64,000 nt of DNA from Camelus ferus (taxonomy: Eukaryota): contig NC_045707.1 in NCBI RefSeq assembly GCF_009834535.1, positions 60,390,001 to 60,454,000 on the forward strand, given 5' to 3'. The position numbers and the translations under genes were made by a program. Below, in pieces: positions 26,502-38,760 of the stretch. Under the pieces are notes generated by a model that saw only the letters and a program-made list of their open reading frames with translations, searched no databases and was not told the DNA's origin. How positions within the stretch are numbered: position 1 is the stretch's first letter; each line of letters starts with the position of its first letter.

Positions 26502-27549
26502 ATCCTATATTCAGTGGCTCAGATTTTCCTGAGTCTACTGCTGTCAGATTACAGACTTCATGAACCAGTTCCTGAGTCTCGATTCTACACTGCGCAAAGC
26601 AAAACTTTCATGAGGATACTCTGTGCCATTATAAAGTCAAATTAGGCATTTGTTCCATTTTGCCAGACATTATATTACCCATCCCAGTTCCCATCTATGA
26701 ATAGGAATAATAAATGAGGGTAGTGGGTTTGCCCATTAGTATTTATTGAAAAACTACTATATGCTAAGTACTCTTATTTTAATTAATGCTCACAATGAAT
26801 CTGTATAATAATACTATTACCACCTCCACAGGATGATTCAGTTAATAAATTAGAATATGGATTTAAATCCAGATCTATTTAATCTCAAAGCACATATAAT
26901 TTCCCCTACATCATTTTACGTTGCTGCCATTATAAAAGCAGGCTTTGATAAGTGGCTATGCGAAACTCCTCCAAATGTGATGATCAGTTTTCATAAACAT
27001 GATGCTACAACATAAAAGGGAGTGTTAACATGGTGTCTAACCTACACCACCTTTTCCCCTAAGAGGTCAACATGAAAAAGTGTATGGAAAATCCTCCGAA
27101 CAGAGATGTTGCAAAAAGAGTAGAGCAAACTGAATGCAAATGATCTGGTGCAGGGGATGAGGGGTGACAGAGCTGAACAAAGCTAATGCAGACGTGATGT
27201 GAGGAGTCAGGGATATGAGAAATATAGATAAAAGGCACAAGCTATTAGATGAATCCACAACCAAGGGGAAGTGGACCAAAACTAAGTGGACCAAGTGTCA
27301 GAGGCCCAAAGGCAATAAAATCAACGTTTAATAAGTACATCAAGAACATTGCCTTGCTAAAAGAAAATGAAAGACAACAAGAATTCAGGGGGATGGGGGA
27401 GCATTCCAGAGGAACACCAGCTGAGTGGATCAGGATCGACAACCAGAGGTGATCCCAAAAGAACGGTTCTGGTTCTGTAGGAGGAGTTTGGGTCATAGCT
27501 GGAGGGGGGAGAAAGAGGGCAGTATTTCCTCAAGGATTATGCTGTGTGC

Positions 27550-27880
27550 TGTTAAAGGGTAGACTGAGGCATATTAAAAGTTTTTAGAGTTTATTTGAGC
27601 AAAAATGGATGGAACTGCAGTGCCAAACCACAGGTGGTTAGGAGAGCTCCACAGACAGGAGCAGGGGAAAGATTTATACAGAGAAAGCATGGAAGCAAAG
27701 AAAGAAAATGATTTGATTGGCTAGTTAAAGCCTAGTTGGCTGTCTGTGATTGGTTGTCCTTAGCGTTTTGATTTCATCAGCTTGGGGCGCTTATAGGCTT
27801 AGATTTCAGTTGACTTTGTGGGCCCCCACAGCATTAGAACCCCCTTGGTCTAATCACCTCCCTGTTTAATTAATTTAACA
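27550..27880 (-). mobile_element. ERV1 solo LTR
   Basis: Perfect inverted termini TGTTAAA…TTTAACA. The minus strand carries AATAAA and two CCAAT boxes (ATTGG on the plus strand near 27716 and 27749). Confidence 0.85.
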
Positions 27881-27889
27881 GCATTCATC

Positions 27890-29567
27890 AAATCCTATAT
27901 CCTTTTCTCCTGGCTCACAGCTCGACTACCTTCCCCTGTCTCTCTAGCAGTTACGTGTGGCCTGTGTGGTTGAATTTGGCCAATGGGAGAAGAGTGAGGT
28001 GATGACACCACTTTATGGATGAGATGGTTAGAATGCATGTGTGTCTTCTCTCCAGGCTCCTTCCCCGTGTGCTGACTGAATGAAGACAGCAGCAAGTTTC
28101 TAGAGGTGGGTAGAGCCACAAGATGGCAGGAGCCCAGGTCCCCAGATGAACACATGGAAGTCAATCAACCAGAAATACACATTGTAGAGTAACAAGAGCA
28201 AGAAATAAGCTTGTTGTGAACAAAACACAGGCAAAACATTCTCTGACATAAATCTTAGCAATGTTTTCCTAGGGCATTCTACCCAGGCAATAGAAAAAAA
28301 AGAGGCAAAAATTAACAAATGAGACCTAATTAAACTATAAGCTTTTGCACAGCAAAGGAAACCATAAGCAAAACAAAATGACAACCTACAGAATGGGAGA
28401 AAATATTTGCAAATGATGCAACTGACAAAGGCTTAATTTCCAGAATATATAAACAGCTGATATAACTTAATAACAACAACAACAAAAAAACAACCCAATC
28501 TAAAAATGGGCAGAAGACCTAAACAAGCAATTCTCCTGTGAAGATATACAAATCGCCAATAGGCACATGAAAAAAATAATCAATATCACTAATTATCAGA
28601 GGAATGCAAATCAAAACTACAATGAGGTATCACCTCACACCAGTCAGAATGGCCATCATTCAAAAATCCACCAATGATAAATGCTGTAGAGAGAGGGTGT
28701 GAAGAAAAGGAACCCTTCTACACAATTGTGGGAATGTAGTTTGGTGCAGCCATTATGGAAAACAGTACAGAGATTCCTCAAAAAACTAAAAAGACTTACT
28801 ATATGTTCCAGCAATCCCACTCCCAGGTATATATCTGGAGGGATCTCTAATTTGAAAAGATACATGAACTCCAATGTTCATAGCAGCACTATATACAATA
28901 GCCAAGACACGGAAGCAACCTAAATGTCCATTGACAGGTGACTGGACAGAGAAGTTGTGATATCTATATACAATGGAATACTACTCAGCCATAAAAAAGA
29001 ATAAAATAATGCCATTTGCAGCAACCTGGATGGGCCCTGAGACTGCTATTCTAAGTAAAGTAAGCCAGAAAGAGAAAGAAAGATACCATATGATATCACT
29101 CATATGTGGAATCTTAAAAAAAAAAGAAAAAGAAAAAAGAGGACACTAATAACTCATCTACAAAACAGAAACAGACTCATAGACATAGTAAACAATTTTA
29201 CATTTACTGCAGAAGGGCAATGGGAAGGGATAAATTTGGGAGTTAGAGATTTGCAAATGTTAGCTACTATATATAAAAGTAGATTAAAAAAACAAATTTT
29301 GTATGTATAGCACAGGGAACTATATTCAATATCTTGTCATAACCTTTAATGAAAAAGAATATGGAAACAAATATATGTATATATATGCATGACTGGGACA
29401 TTGTGCTGAACACCAGAAATTGACACATTGTAAACTGTACTTCAATTAAAAATAATAATGATAAATTTTTAAAAAGGAATAAGTTTGTTGTAAGCCACTG
29501 TAAGCCACTGAGAATTTAGAGTTTCTCTCTTACAAGGGTAAGTTTAACTCTTACCCTAACTAATACA
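27890..29567 (+). mobile_element. MaLR LTR (MLT1-type) split by an L1 insertion
   Basis: AGAGCCACAAGATGGCAGGAGCCCAGGTCCC…GAGCAAGAAATAAGC before the L1; TAAGCCACTGAGA…CCCTAACTAATACA after it. Confidence 0.8.
28218..29474 (+). mobile_element. 5'-truncated lineage-specific L1 (ORF2 end, 3' UTR, tail)
   Basis: ORF2 C-terminal remnants (…LWECSLVQPLWKTVQRFLKKLK) and a complete 3' UTR. TSD AG(A/G)AATAAG(C/T)TTGTTGT at 28201-28217 and 29475-29491. Confidence 0.95.
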
Positions 29568-30840
29568 GGTTATTCCAAATTGTTTAGGATTAAAGCCTAG
29601 AGGAAACCTGTGTAGACTGATAAACGATTGATAAAAGTGTCTCTGAAACCGTTTAATGCTTCAAAAGCTGTCTTAGCTTACTGAACAAAACGAGCCTCCA
29701 CTCAGTGAAGCTGAGGTAAACATGGCAAATCACATGGGACCTTGTAGATCACGCTCTGGAGCTGGTTTTTCTTTTTTATTTATTCTAAATACAATAGAAA
29801 TTAATTAGAGGTTTCTTGATATTCTGGGTTCTATACTCAGTATAATGAGACTTAGCTGTGTATGATTATATGTATTAAATGTCTTACACTCTATAGCAAA
29901 GTTTAGTTGTACTTAGAACTGGATGAATGGGTAGAGACAACGAAATGTCCCTGACTTTAAGGGAAAAAAAAGTCAAGATGGAAACCGCCCCCTGCCTACC
30001 CCTCCTCATAGACTTTCATTCTTGGTGGCAGCTATTTTGAACATGACACCTCCTGGGGATGGCATGTCAACCCCACAGCGTACTTTGAAGACATTTGCTG
30101 TAATTGTCAATGCCTGCATTGTTCCTTGTGTTATTAAAGAAAAATCACCAGTCAGGGGTTGGAAAATATGTACTGGGGGTGGGGGGTAATTTTCCCCAGT
30201 CTTTCTCAAGGGCACCTTATTACACTTTGTTTCATGTCATTATGCTTTCTTTTGGAGTGTCATTAAAAAAAGAAAATTCAGAAGCTCTGACATTTGCGTG
30301 GTTGGATGTGAAATGCCACAGTATGTCTTAAATTGCAAATAAAGAAATAAGACATTTCAGTCAAAAGGACAGATATGTTAGTGGCACTCACCCTTCTAGC
30401 TCATCTGATTATCTTGAATGCCAAGGTTCTAAGCTTCCCACGATGATTCTTAGGATTAGTTGTCTGTAGGATTCTTCCCTGCATGAAAGAATTGTGACGT
30501 GGAAATTTATCAGCCTACTTACAATCTTGACTTCTAGTGCACCTGCTGAAATTAGCTATCATTGTATTCAGTTGTCTTCTGAGCACAGGGATATTTGGTT
30601 CAAGTTTATTTGTTTGTTGTTTTTGTTTTTTTTAAACTGGTAGACATAATGTTTGCTTTAAAACTCAGATCAACAGCTATGTCTTCTCCTGCCTAATTAA
30701 ACTATGGTAAATAATCAAGTCTGCCTTCATAATGTAATATTTGTTTACTACCCATAAATTTTCTGTCATTATGAGGTGATGGGAAAGGTTTCTCTCTAAT
30801 TTGCATGTACATGTGAATGAGTATGTATGTGGGTGCATGC

Positions 30841-30866
30841 GTGTGTGTGTGTGTGTGTGTGTGTGT
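30841..30866. repeat. (GT)n microsatellite
   Basis: About 13 perfect GT units. Confidence 0.95.
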
Positions 30867-33194
30867 ACTCTAAGATATCTCGACCCCTGAATATCTTGAA
30901 AGAGTACCAGTGATACTGGCTGCCTGATAAACCTCCTGTTTCCTGGAGGCACCAAGCCACAGTAAGACCCTGCCAACAAGAACAGTCTCCTTGTGTGCCA
31001 ACAACTGTCCCCACAGCCCTGGTGGCTTTGTATCCAGAAGCAAATTCAGCAGCACAGACTATCCACCTAACAGACCTTGCTTTGTAGCATGGAAACTTGG
31101 CTTGCTGCCTCCAGCACGAGATAAAGCAACCAGAGGTGAGTCTCAGCCTGTCCAGGGCACAGAGGATAACGCACATCTGAAATGGTTTTTTATAAGCTAG
31201 GATTACCCATTTATACATGTGTACATTTATACAATGTGGTTTGAACATTTATAACTGTGATTTTACTAGCAGCCCCATTGTCTGCAGCCCAAGAGATAAT
31301 GGAATTATCACCCGAACATCTTCGTTATACATTTTCCTAGGACTAACCAAGGTCTGGGACAGATATGAATCAACTCCTATCATGAAGGGGGCATCTTGCC
31401 TGCTCTGCACCAATTTTCCGTACAGTAGGATGGACCTGTTACTGCCTTTTGAAGAAGCAGCTCTCCTAGGAGGTAAAAAAAAAATGTGTGTTTTAAAAGG
31501 AAAGATTATAAAACCACAAGATTCTTCAAAGCATGCCCCAATAAATATACTGAAATGCACTTTTTCTTTTGTTCTTTCCCAAGAAGATTGAAACTCAGAA
31601 CCTTCTTTCAACTGTTTTCAATATTTGCCCTTTTCCCTATTTTGCTCCCTTCAGAATTAAACCACCTCAAAGAAATCCCCAACAGTTTAACTCAATTTCT
31701 GCAGCAAATTACTCTGTAAGTTAGAGAGAAGAGCAAAACCATTTCAAAAGTCAACATTAAACTTCCAAGATGGTTATCCTTGATACAATTTATATTTCCT
31801 GCAAAAATATATACGGTGCCTATCGTTACCTTTAGAAATGTAGGTAATTTGATTAATATAAAAGCCTTTCAAGAATGAGTCTGAAAGTCTTGATTGTTAA
31901 TCACACCTACCACAAAGTGAATTCTAATGATTTATTAACCACTGCAGTTAGCCCAAAATGAATTCCTGCAGAAATTGGGTAAAATTACATGGGAGATTAC
32001 TCTTCTGTATAAACCAGATAAATTATCCCTAGGATATATACATGCCCGAGAAAGTTACATCAAGAATGCAGCAAGTAACAAAACTCATCAGTCTTCTAAC
32101 ATGTGATTTTTGACTTTCACATTTTAATCTAAGTGAGATACGGACAAGAAATCTTTTAAAAATTACACTGGGTTTTCATGTAAGTCTATCTAGTAATTTA
32201 TTTTATTGAGGATATGTAATTTCTTGTGTAACTTTCTCGACAGTCTCTTCATTATCTATGAATAAGGTTTTCTAGGATGAAGAATAGCCTTTTACTCAAA
32301 CATTTTTGTTTTCTCTAACTTTCTAAAGAAAAGGAAATCTGATCCCCTTTAATTTTAAAGAATTGTTCAACATTTTAAGATGATGTCTAAATGTTTACGG
32401 GGAAAATTAAAAATATTTTGCATGGTTGTTTTCTTCTTTTATTAAAAAGGTAGGCATAAATATAAAGTATTATACCATGTTAACAAAATACAATGCACAT
32501 GCTATTCATGTACTACAGAATTTCATATTGAAAAAAGTTTTCTGGTAACAAAGACAATCAAAGGAGTGCTATAGACATGCTTCCTACCGTTCAAATATCA
32601 TCAGAATTCAATAGGAAAAATATCTATAAATTTTGCTTGTCTACAAATTCATCTAATGATGAAAAATGCATTTCATTGAGAAGAAGGAAAGCTTAGACTA
32701 TTTAAAAATATGAATAATCAGGTTCTGGGTTGACAATTAGATTTTAAGCATATCAAATCTAAAGTTCACTGTGAAGATAAAATTGAGTACACTAGTTTTG
32801 TCAATAAAGTCTCTATAAATGTTGATTGTTTACTGCCCTACAAAATTTACAGGATTTTTGGGAGGATCACAAACATAATAAATGTAATCATCCCTTTCAC
32901 CATGAAGGTGCTATATTAACATTAGTTGTTATTGTTATTGCCTTAATTTTCTTCCCAAATTATTATATCTTCCTTAAAGTGGAATGTGCCAATTAACATT
33001 TGGTGGCACTGATTAAGTGTGTGGAAAATCCACTTAAGCTCCCCAGGAGTAAGTCCCCAGTGGTCAAATGAGAACCATCATTTCTACCAGCCTTACAAAT
33101 ATACTCTCACTCATCAAAAGAGATCAGGAAGGTAAATTCATATTAAAATTAAATGATTGTAAATAACTGATGGCTGTGTTGGTCCTCTTGGATT

Positions 33195-33405
33195 GAAATA
33201 AATCTTGTCCACAGTGTGTTTTGTATGGCTTGCAAGCTATGAATGGTTTTCACATTTTTTTAAAGAGAAGGAAGAAAGGAAAGAGGGAAGGAGGAAGTGA
33301 AGGAGGGAAGGAAGGAAGGAAAATACATGCTACAGAAACAGCACGTGGCCTGCCTAAAATATATACTGCTTGGCTCTTTATAGAAAAAGTTTGCAATTTG
33401 TGATC
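33195..33405. mobile_element. MER58-like hAT-Charlie MITE with internal (GGAA)n tract
   Basis: TTTTGTATGGCTTGCAAGCTATGAATGGTTTTCACATTTTT…CTAAAATATATACT…CTTTATAGAAAAAGTTTGC. Confidence 0.75.
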
Positions 33406-33610
33406 TAGATACAATTACAAGCAAAGTTGTTTCTTGTCCCTCAATTTAATAAAGGTGTTACATATATATTTCCATTAATGGATAGTTGAAATTTTAATTT
33501 TTAATACTTTACTGATGTATACTTTATGTACAATAAACTTTACATATTTAAAGTATATGATTTATAAGTTTTCCAATGAAACTATTATCCCAATCAAGAT
33601 ATTAAACATT

Positions 33611-34677
33611 TCATTTCTTAGGTCAGTCTCCCAAGGCAAAAGTAAAAAAAGAAAAATGAACAAATGGGACCTAATCAAACTTATGAGCTTTTTCACAGCA
33701 AAGGAAACTATAACCAAAATGAAAAGACAACCTATGGAACGGAAGAAAATATTTGCAAACAATGTGACAGACAAGGGCTTAATTTTCATAATATGCAAAC
33801 AGCTCATACAGCTCAATAACAAAAAACAAACAACCCAATTAAACAATTGGCAGAAGACCTAAATAGACATTTCTCCAAAGAAGACATACAGGTGGCCAAC
33901 AAGCACATGAAAAAATGTTCACTAGCACTAATTATTAGAGAAATACAAATCAAAACTATAATGAGATATCACCTCACAACAGTCAGAATGGCCATCATCA
34001 AAAAGTCAACAAATAATAAATGCTGGAGAGGGTGTGGAGAAAAGAGAACCCTCCTACACTGTTGGTGGGAATGCAAATTGGTGCAATCGCTATGAAGAAC
34101 AGTATGGAGATTGCTTACAAACTAAAAATAGACTTACCATATGATCCTACAATCCCACTCATGGGCATATATCCAGAGAAAATTCTAATTTGAAAAGACA
34201 CATGTACCCCAATGGTCATAGCAACACTATTTACAGTAGGCAAGACACGGAAGCAACCTAAACATCCACTGACAGATAAATGGATAAAGGAGATGTGGTG
34301 TATGTATTTACAATGCAATATTACTCAGCCATAGAAAAGAATGAAATAATGTCATTTGTAGCAACATAGATGGACCTAGAGATTATCACATTAAGTAAAG
34401 TAAGTCAAAGACAAATATCACAATATCACTTACATGTGGAATCTAAAAAAAAAAAAAGACACAAGTGAATTTATTTACAAAACAGAAATAGACTCAGACA
34501 TAGAAAATAAATTTATGGTTACCAAAGGGGAAAGGTGGGAGAGATAAACTATGAGTTTGGGGTTAGCAGATACACACTACCAAATAAAAAATAGGTAAGC
34601 CACAAGGACCAACTGTATAGCACAGGGAACTATATTCAAGATCTTATAATAAACTATAGTGGAAAACAATCTGAAAA
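33611..34677 (+). mobile_element. 5'-truncated L1 ending early at an internal A-tract
   Basis: ORFs 33515..33862 and 33847..34095 are ORF2p C-terminal pieces (KWDLIKLMSFFTAKETI…; [24 protein letters not shown]…CWWECKLVQ). TSD AAGATAT(T/C)AAACATT at 33596-33610 and 34678-34692. Confidence 0.95.
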
Positions 34678-35206
34678 AAGATATCAAACATTCTATCACC
34701 TCCAAAAGCTTCTTGAAACTTCGTTGAAATTCATCCCTCCTTCCACTCCTTTCCCTAGACAACTACTGACCCGCTTTCTATTATCAAAGGTTGATTTGCA
34801 TTTTATAGAGTTTTATATAAATAAAATAGTATGTACTTTTTCAATTGGCTTCTTTCACACAACGTGATTTTGAGATTCATCTGTCTGTGGTGGGTATTTG
34901 TAATTTGTTCCATTTTATTGCTGAGTAGAATTTCACTGTATGGATATACCAATTGTTTACCCATACATTTTTTGATGGGCATTTTTTGGGGGGTAAATAC
35001 ACAGAAGCAAATTTGTCAGTAATAGGGCAACTATATGCTTTATGAGAAATTGTTAAACTATTTTCCAAAGTGTCTGTACCATTTTACATTCTTTACAGCA
35101 ATCCTTGCCCCACCTCCTTAACAGCTGGTATTGTCTTTGTTTTAAAAGCAATTCTTAATGTGTAATATTATTTCACTGAAGTGCTAATTTGCATTTTCTT
35201 AATGAC

Positions 35207-35983
35207 TAAAGATAAAGATTCTCTCCGGGACCAAACTCTAGTCTTCTCTAGTCTTCCAGGTTCCTTTGAGCCCTTTCTTTACAAGCCCTCTTCCTTGACC
35301 TATAAAAAGAGCAGACTCCCCAAATGAGTTTGTCCACCCTCTCCCTTCCCTGCACTAAAAGACTTGGACAAACGCTAGCATAGTTTCTAACATCTCAAGG
35401 CCTCCTTCCCTAGGATGACCCCAGCCCCCACCCCTTAAAATGATGATTAGCAGATAGGCCCCTGAATCCCCTCTTAGAGAAGTTTCTTTAGAAGCTCTGC
35501 AGTTACGAATACTTTCTCTATCCTTTGAGATATAAATCTATCACTTAAAACTGTTTTCTCAAGGACCCAAGAGCCATTTCTTTGAAAGGCAAACATTCAG
35601 GGCAATAACTCTCATCTTGTTCCCAGTCCCTGCGGGAGGACTGGACCCAACTTCACTGGGCCAAATTGACCTCACCGCCTCCTGTCATCGAGAAGCGAGA
35701 AGTTTGTTTCTCCTCCGGGTAAGTGCTGATTAACAAACCCAGATGGCCTGGTCGTGCTAACTAATCCCCTCTTCCTGCTTTTTGTAAATTCCTACTTCCA
35801 TGACCTGCTCAAGCCCCCTGTGTTCCCCCTCCCTGCTCCCTCACTCTCCCTTTAAAACACCCAGCACCTCCGCACAAATCAATACTGGCCATCAGTTCAC
35901 ACTGGACTCTTCCCTACTGCAGTAGTCTCACTGCATAAAATCTGTCCCCACCACTTTAATGAGTATCTGCTTTATCTTTGAAA
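35207..35983 (+). mobile_element. ERV1 LTR (MER31/MER34/MER67 group)
   Basis: Start AAAGATTCTCTCCGGGACCAAACTCTAGTC…, internal CTCAAGGACCCAAGAGCCATTTCTTTGAAA, end CATAAAATCTGT…TTTATCTTTGAAA. Confidence 0.75.
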
Positions 35984-36313
35984 CTAGTAATATTATCTTT
36001 TTATGCACTGAAGGGCCACTCACGTATCTTTTTTTGTGACGTGCCTATTGAGATCTCGGTCATTTATTATTGCCTTCTTATTATTAAGTTGTAAGATTCT
36101 TCATATGTTCTGAATACAAGTCCTTTTTATATATATACATATACATACGTATATGTGTAAAATAATTTCTGTATGTAAAATATGTAAAATTATTCTGTAA
36201 AATAACTTCTAATTTCTATGGCATGACCTTTATTTTCTTCATGGTATCTTCCAAAGAGCAAAAGTTTTAATTTTGAGGAAATTTAATTTAGACATTTTTC
36301 TTTCATGGTTTTA

Positions 36314-36400
36314 TATTAGGATTCTCCAGAGAAATAGAACCAATAGGATGTGTGTGTGTGTGAAGAGAGATAGACATATAGATATGCAGAACCAACAGGA
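36314..36400 (-). mobile_element. MLT2 (ERVL LTR) terminal fragment
   Basis: TATTAGGATTCTCCAGAGAAATAGAACCAATAGGATGTGTG, the antisense MLT2 end. Confidence 0.75.
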
Positions 36401-37659
36401 TGTGTCACCTGACCAAACTCACATTTGACTGAAGCATTAACAGCCAAATTAATGCCCAAGGGAGAAATAAAAGGGAGAGAGACCTGAGGGCTGTGGTGTT
36501 GAGTGGAGACGCTGTGGAGGTCTTGGATAGAGACAGCAGAAAGTTCACAGTGAGGGGAAGAGGAGGAAGGAGCTTTGTATCTGGCGGCACCCCGAGCCCA
36601 TTTCATCACATAAACACCTCAAGCACATCTCAGCTCTGGCGCGCCATGAAAGCATGAGTTTTCATGACTTCAAATAATACGCGAATAGGAAAAGTAAGTG
36701 GCTTCCGGGAAGAAATCCAAAAAGTACATTTCATAAGAGGGCTATTTTCTCAAATTATACCCTTAGATATTCCAGAAAAGGAAAATGAATCGAAGATACA
36801 TCCTTAAAAAAAAAAAAAACACTTTAAAAGAGTTGAGCTGCACCAATGTGGTAACATGGAAGGTTTTCCTTGTTGAACTGTGGGTGAATGTTCAACAGGG
36901 CAGAGTCATTATGGGGGAAATGCAATTCAATAGAATTTTATTCCAATACGTCATTGACTGTCAGCACAGACAAGCAACGTATCATTGGACTGGGACCCCT
37001 TGTCTGACGGTTTTAGTCCTAGTTGTGCTAGACATAGAGCAAGCTACTGAAGGACGAAACATTTGAACCCCTCCCCAACTCCCATACTTAGTCAATCCTT
37101 CCACAAGTCACTTGCATATTTATCATGTTAGTAAGTTGAGGATAAATAACAAAATTTTAAACGCTTAGAAGAGAGGTTTTTAACATATTGTTAAAAATAG
37201 AAAAACCTGGAAGGTAGGTGTTAACATCTCCACTTTACTAATGAGAAAATTAATTTTGGATAAATTAAGTGGCTCCCCAAAGTCACACAGCTAATGGCAA
37301 ATCCGGGAGTAGAATTTAAGTCGAATTTCCAAGTTGTCTTTTTCCATTACATTATCTTTCTTAGTCGCTCACTCATCCATTCATTAAAGCGTATTGAACA
37401 CCTACTATATTCCAGGAATGACACCAGGGGCTAGAGATACATGGATGAATTTGACATAATCCTTGCCCTCCAGGGAGCTCACTGTCTAATAAGGAAGAAG
37501 CTGTGTGAATAAATATAAACTCTGTGTCACTGGTTCTTACCCACATCTACAATTTTAAGAACCAAGTGCCCTGCAAAGATATTTCCCAAGATCATCAAGT
37601 ATTCCTAAGGCCCCCATGAGTCTCAAGAATAAATCTTATTAGCTTCTGCAGATTTGAGA

Positions 37660-37990
37660 AATAGTGACCAATGGTCTACAATAACAAAGATACTGTTTGA
37701 TGTGCATAGTATTGACCTACATAGTTATCTTTAAAAATTTTTTTTGAATTAGTTAACGAATTTTACCTAATGATACTGGCTTTGAGCTTTCTTGAAAATG
37801 TAGAAAATCCAGACCCCACATTCACTCGTGGCAGTGACAGGCTGGAACTGAGTAGTAGTTGTGCCTTATAGACAAGATACTTGGTGTCCAGTTTACTAAT
37901 GACCCACTTCTCATTTCACAGACTTAACCCACTTTATTCACTTACTTTAACTGTCTGGACCATCAGCCATATTTTCCTCTCCTCCAGCCC
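37660..37990. mobile_element. MER102-like hAT-Charlie element
   Basis: CTTTCTTGAAAA…CCACATTCACTCGTGGCAGTGACAGGCTGGAACTGAGTAGTAGTTGTGCC resembles MER102. Confidence 0.6.
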
Positions 37991-38254
37991 TGAATTTCTC
38001 AATTAGTTACCCCAATATTAAACTCTTAAAGACTTGTAGTGATTCCACAGAGACCCACAAGAGAATTCTTCTGCAAGAATTCTTGGGAAGAGTCTGTGGT
38101 CAAGTGGAGAGAATGTGTTCATTTTTGTGGCATGTGCTCTAGGAGGGAGACAAAACACTACTGTTCTTGCAGAATATCATCTTTCAACTTTTTTCACTTC
38201 CCACCCCTCGGATTCATATATATGTCCACAGAGAACTGAGTGGAAGTACTTATA

Positions 38255-38760
38255 AGTCAGGGTCCAGTAGGAAAATAGCAGCCACATGAGGGACCAATGG
38301 AGAATTTTATGGTAGGGAATTGGTTAGACAGGTATTGGAGAGACAGAAGAGCAAGAGGGGATGCCAAGATAACAGAGACAAGGGAACTGCAGAAAGCAGT
38401 CATCGTCCATAGCCTGGGAGATAAAGGGGAAAGGTTGGGATTTTTACAACCTAGGAGCTTGGAGGAGGAGACCCTCAAAGCTGGGATTTGACCTTTGAGG
38501 AGCAGGGCCACCCTACTCGCTGCCACTGGTACCTCTGAGGGGGATTGGTAATCAGCTGTTGGACCCGGAGAAGTGCTATTACAGAGACATAGAACGGAAA
38601 GCAAACAGGAAGGGACAATCCCTTTTCTCTACTTTTGCATCCCCATCTCCCTCTGGTGCTTTCTGTTGGCAGAGCAGAATCCCAGCCCCAGCACCACAAA
38701 GAAAACAGAACACAGATTTGGAGCTGAGGAGTGAGAACGAAGGATCGGCACACAGACAAC
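38255..38760 (-). mobile_element. Old ERVL-like LTR
   Basis: AGTCAGGGTCCAGTAGGAAAA…AGGGAATTGGTTAGACAGGTATTGG pattern, typical of antisense ancient ERVL LTRs. Family uncertain. Confidence 0.5.

Larger units (their letters stand above)
33495..36312 (-). mobile_element. Old L1M element (antisense) hosting nested L1 and LTR insertions
   Basis: Antisense L1M motifs resume after each insertion: 33495-33610, 34678-35205 and 35985-36312. Confidence 0.75.

Noticed and set aside
29491..29510. Short tandem duplications (TAAGCCACTG x2; also AACTAGCATCTGG x2 near 52420-52446 and AAGTGGACCAA x2 near 27269-27294)
   Set aside because: Two-copy slippage duplications with no spacer structure; not CRISPR-like or otherwise informative.
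33515..34095. L1 ORF2-like ORFs as active retrotransposon genes
   Set aside because: All L1s here are 5'-truncated, frameshifted fragments without ORF1, a promoter or an intact RT.
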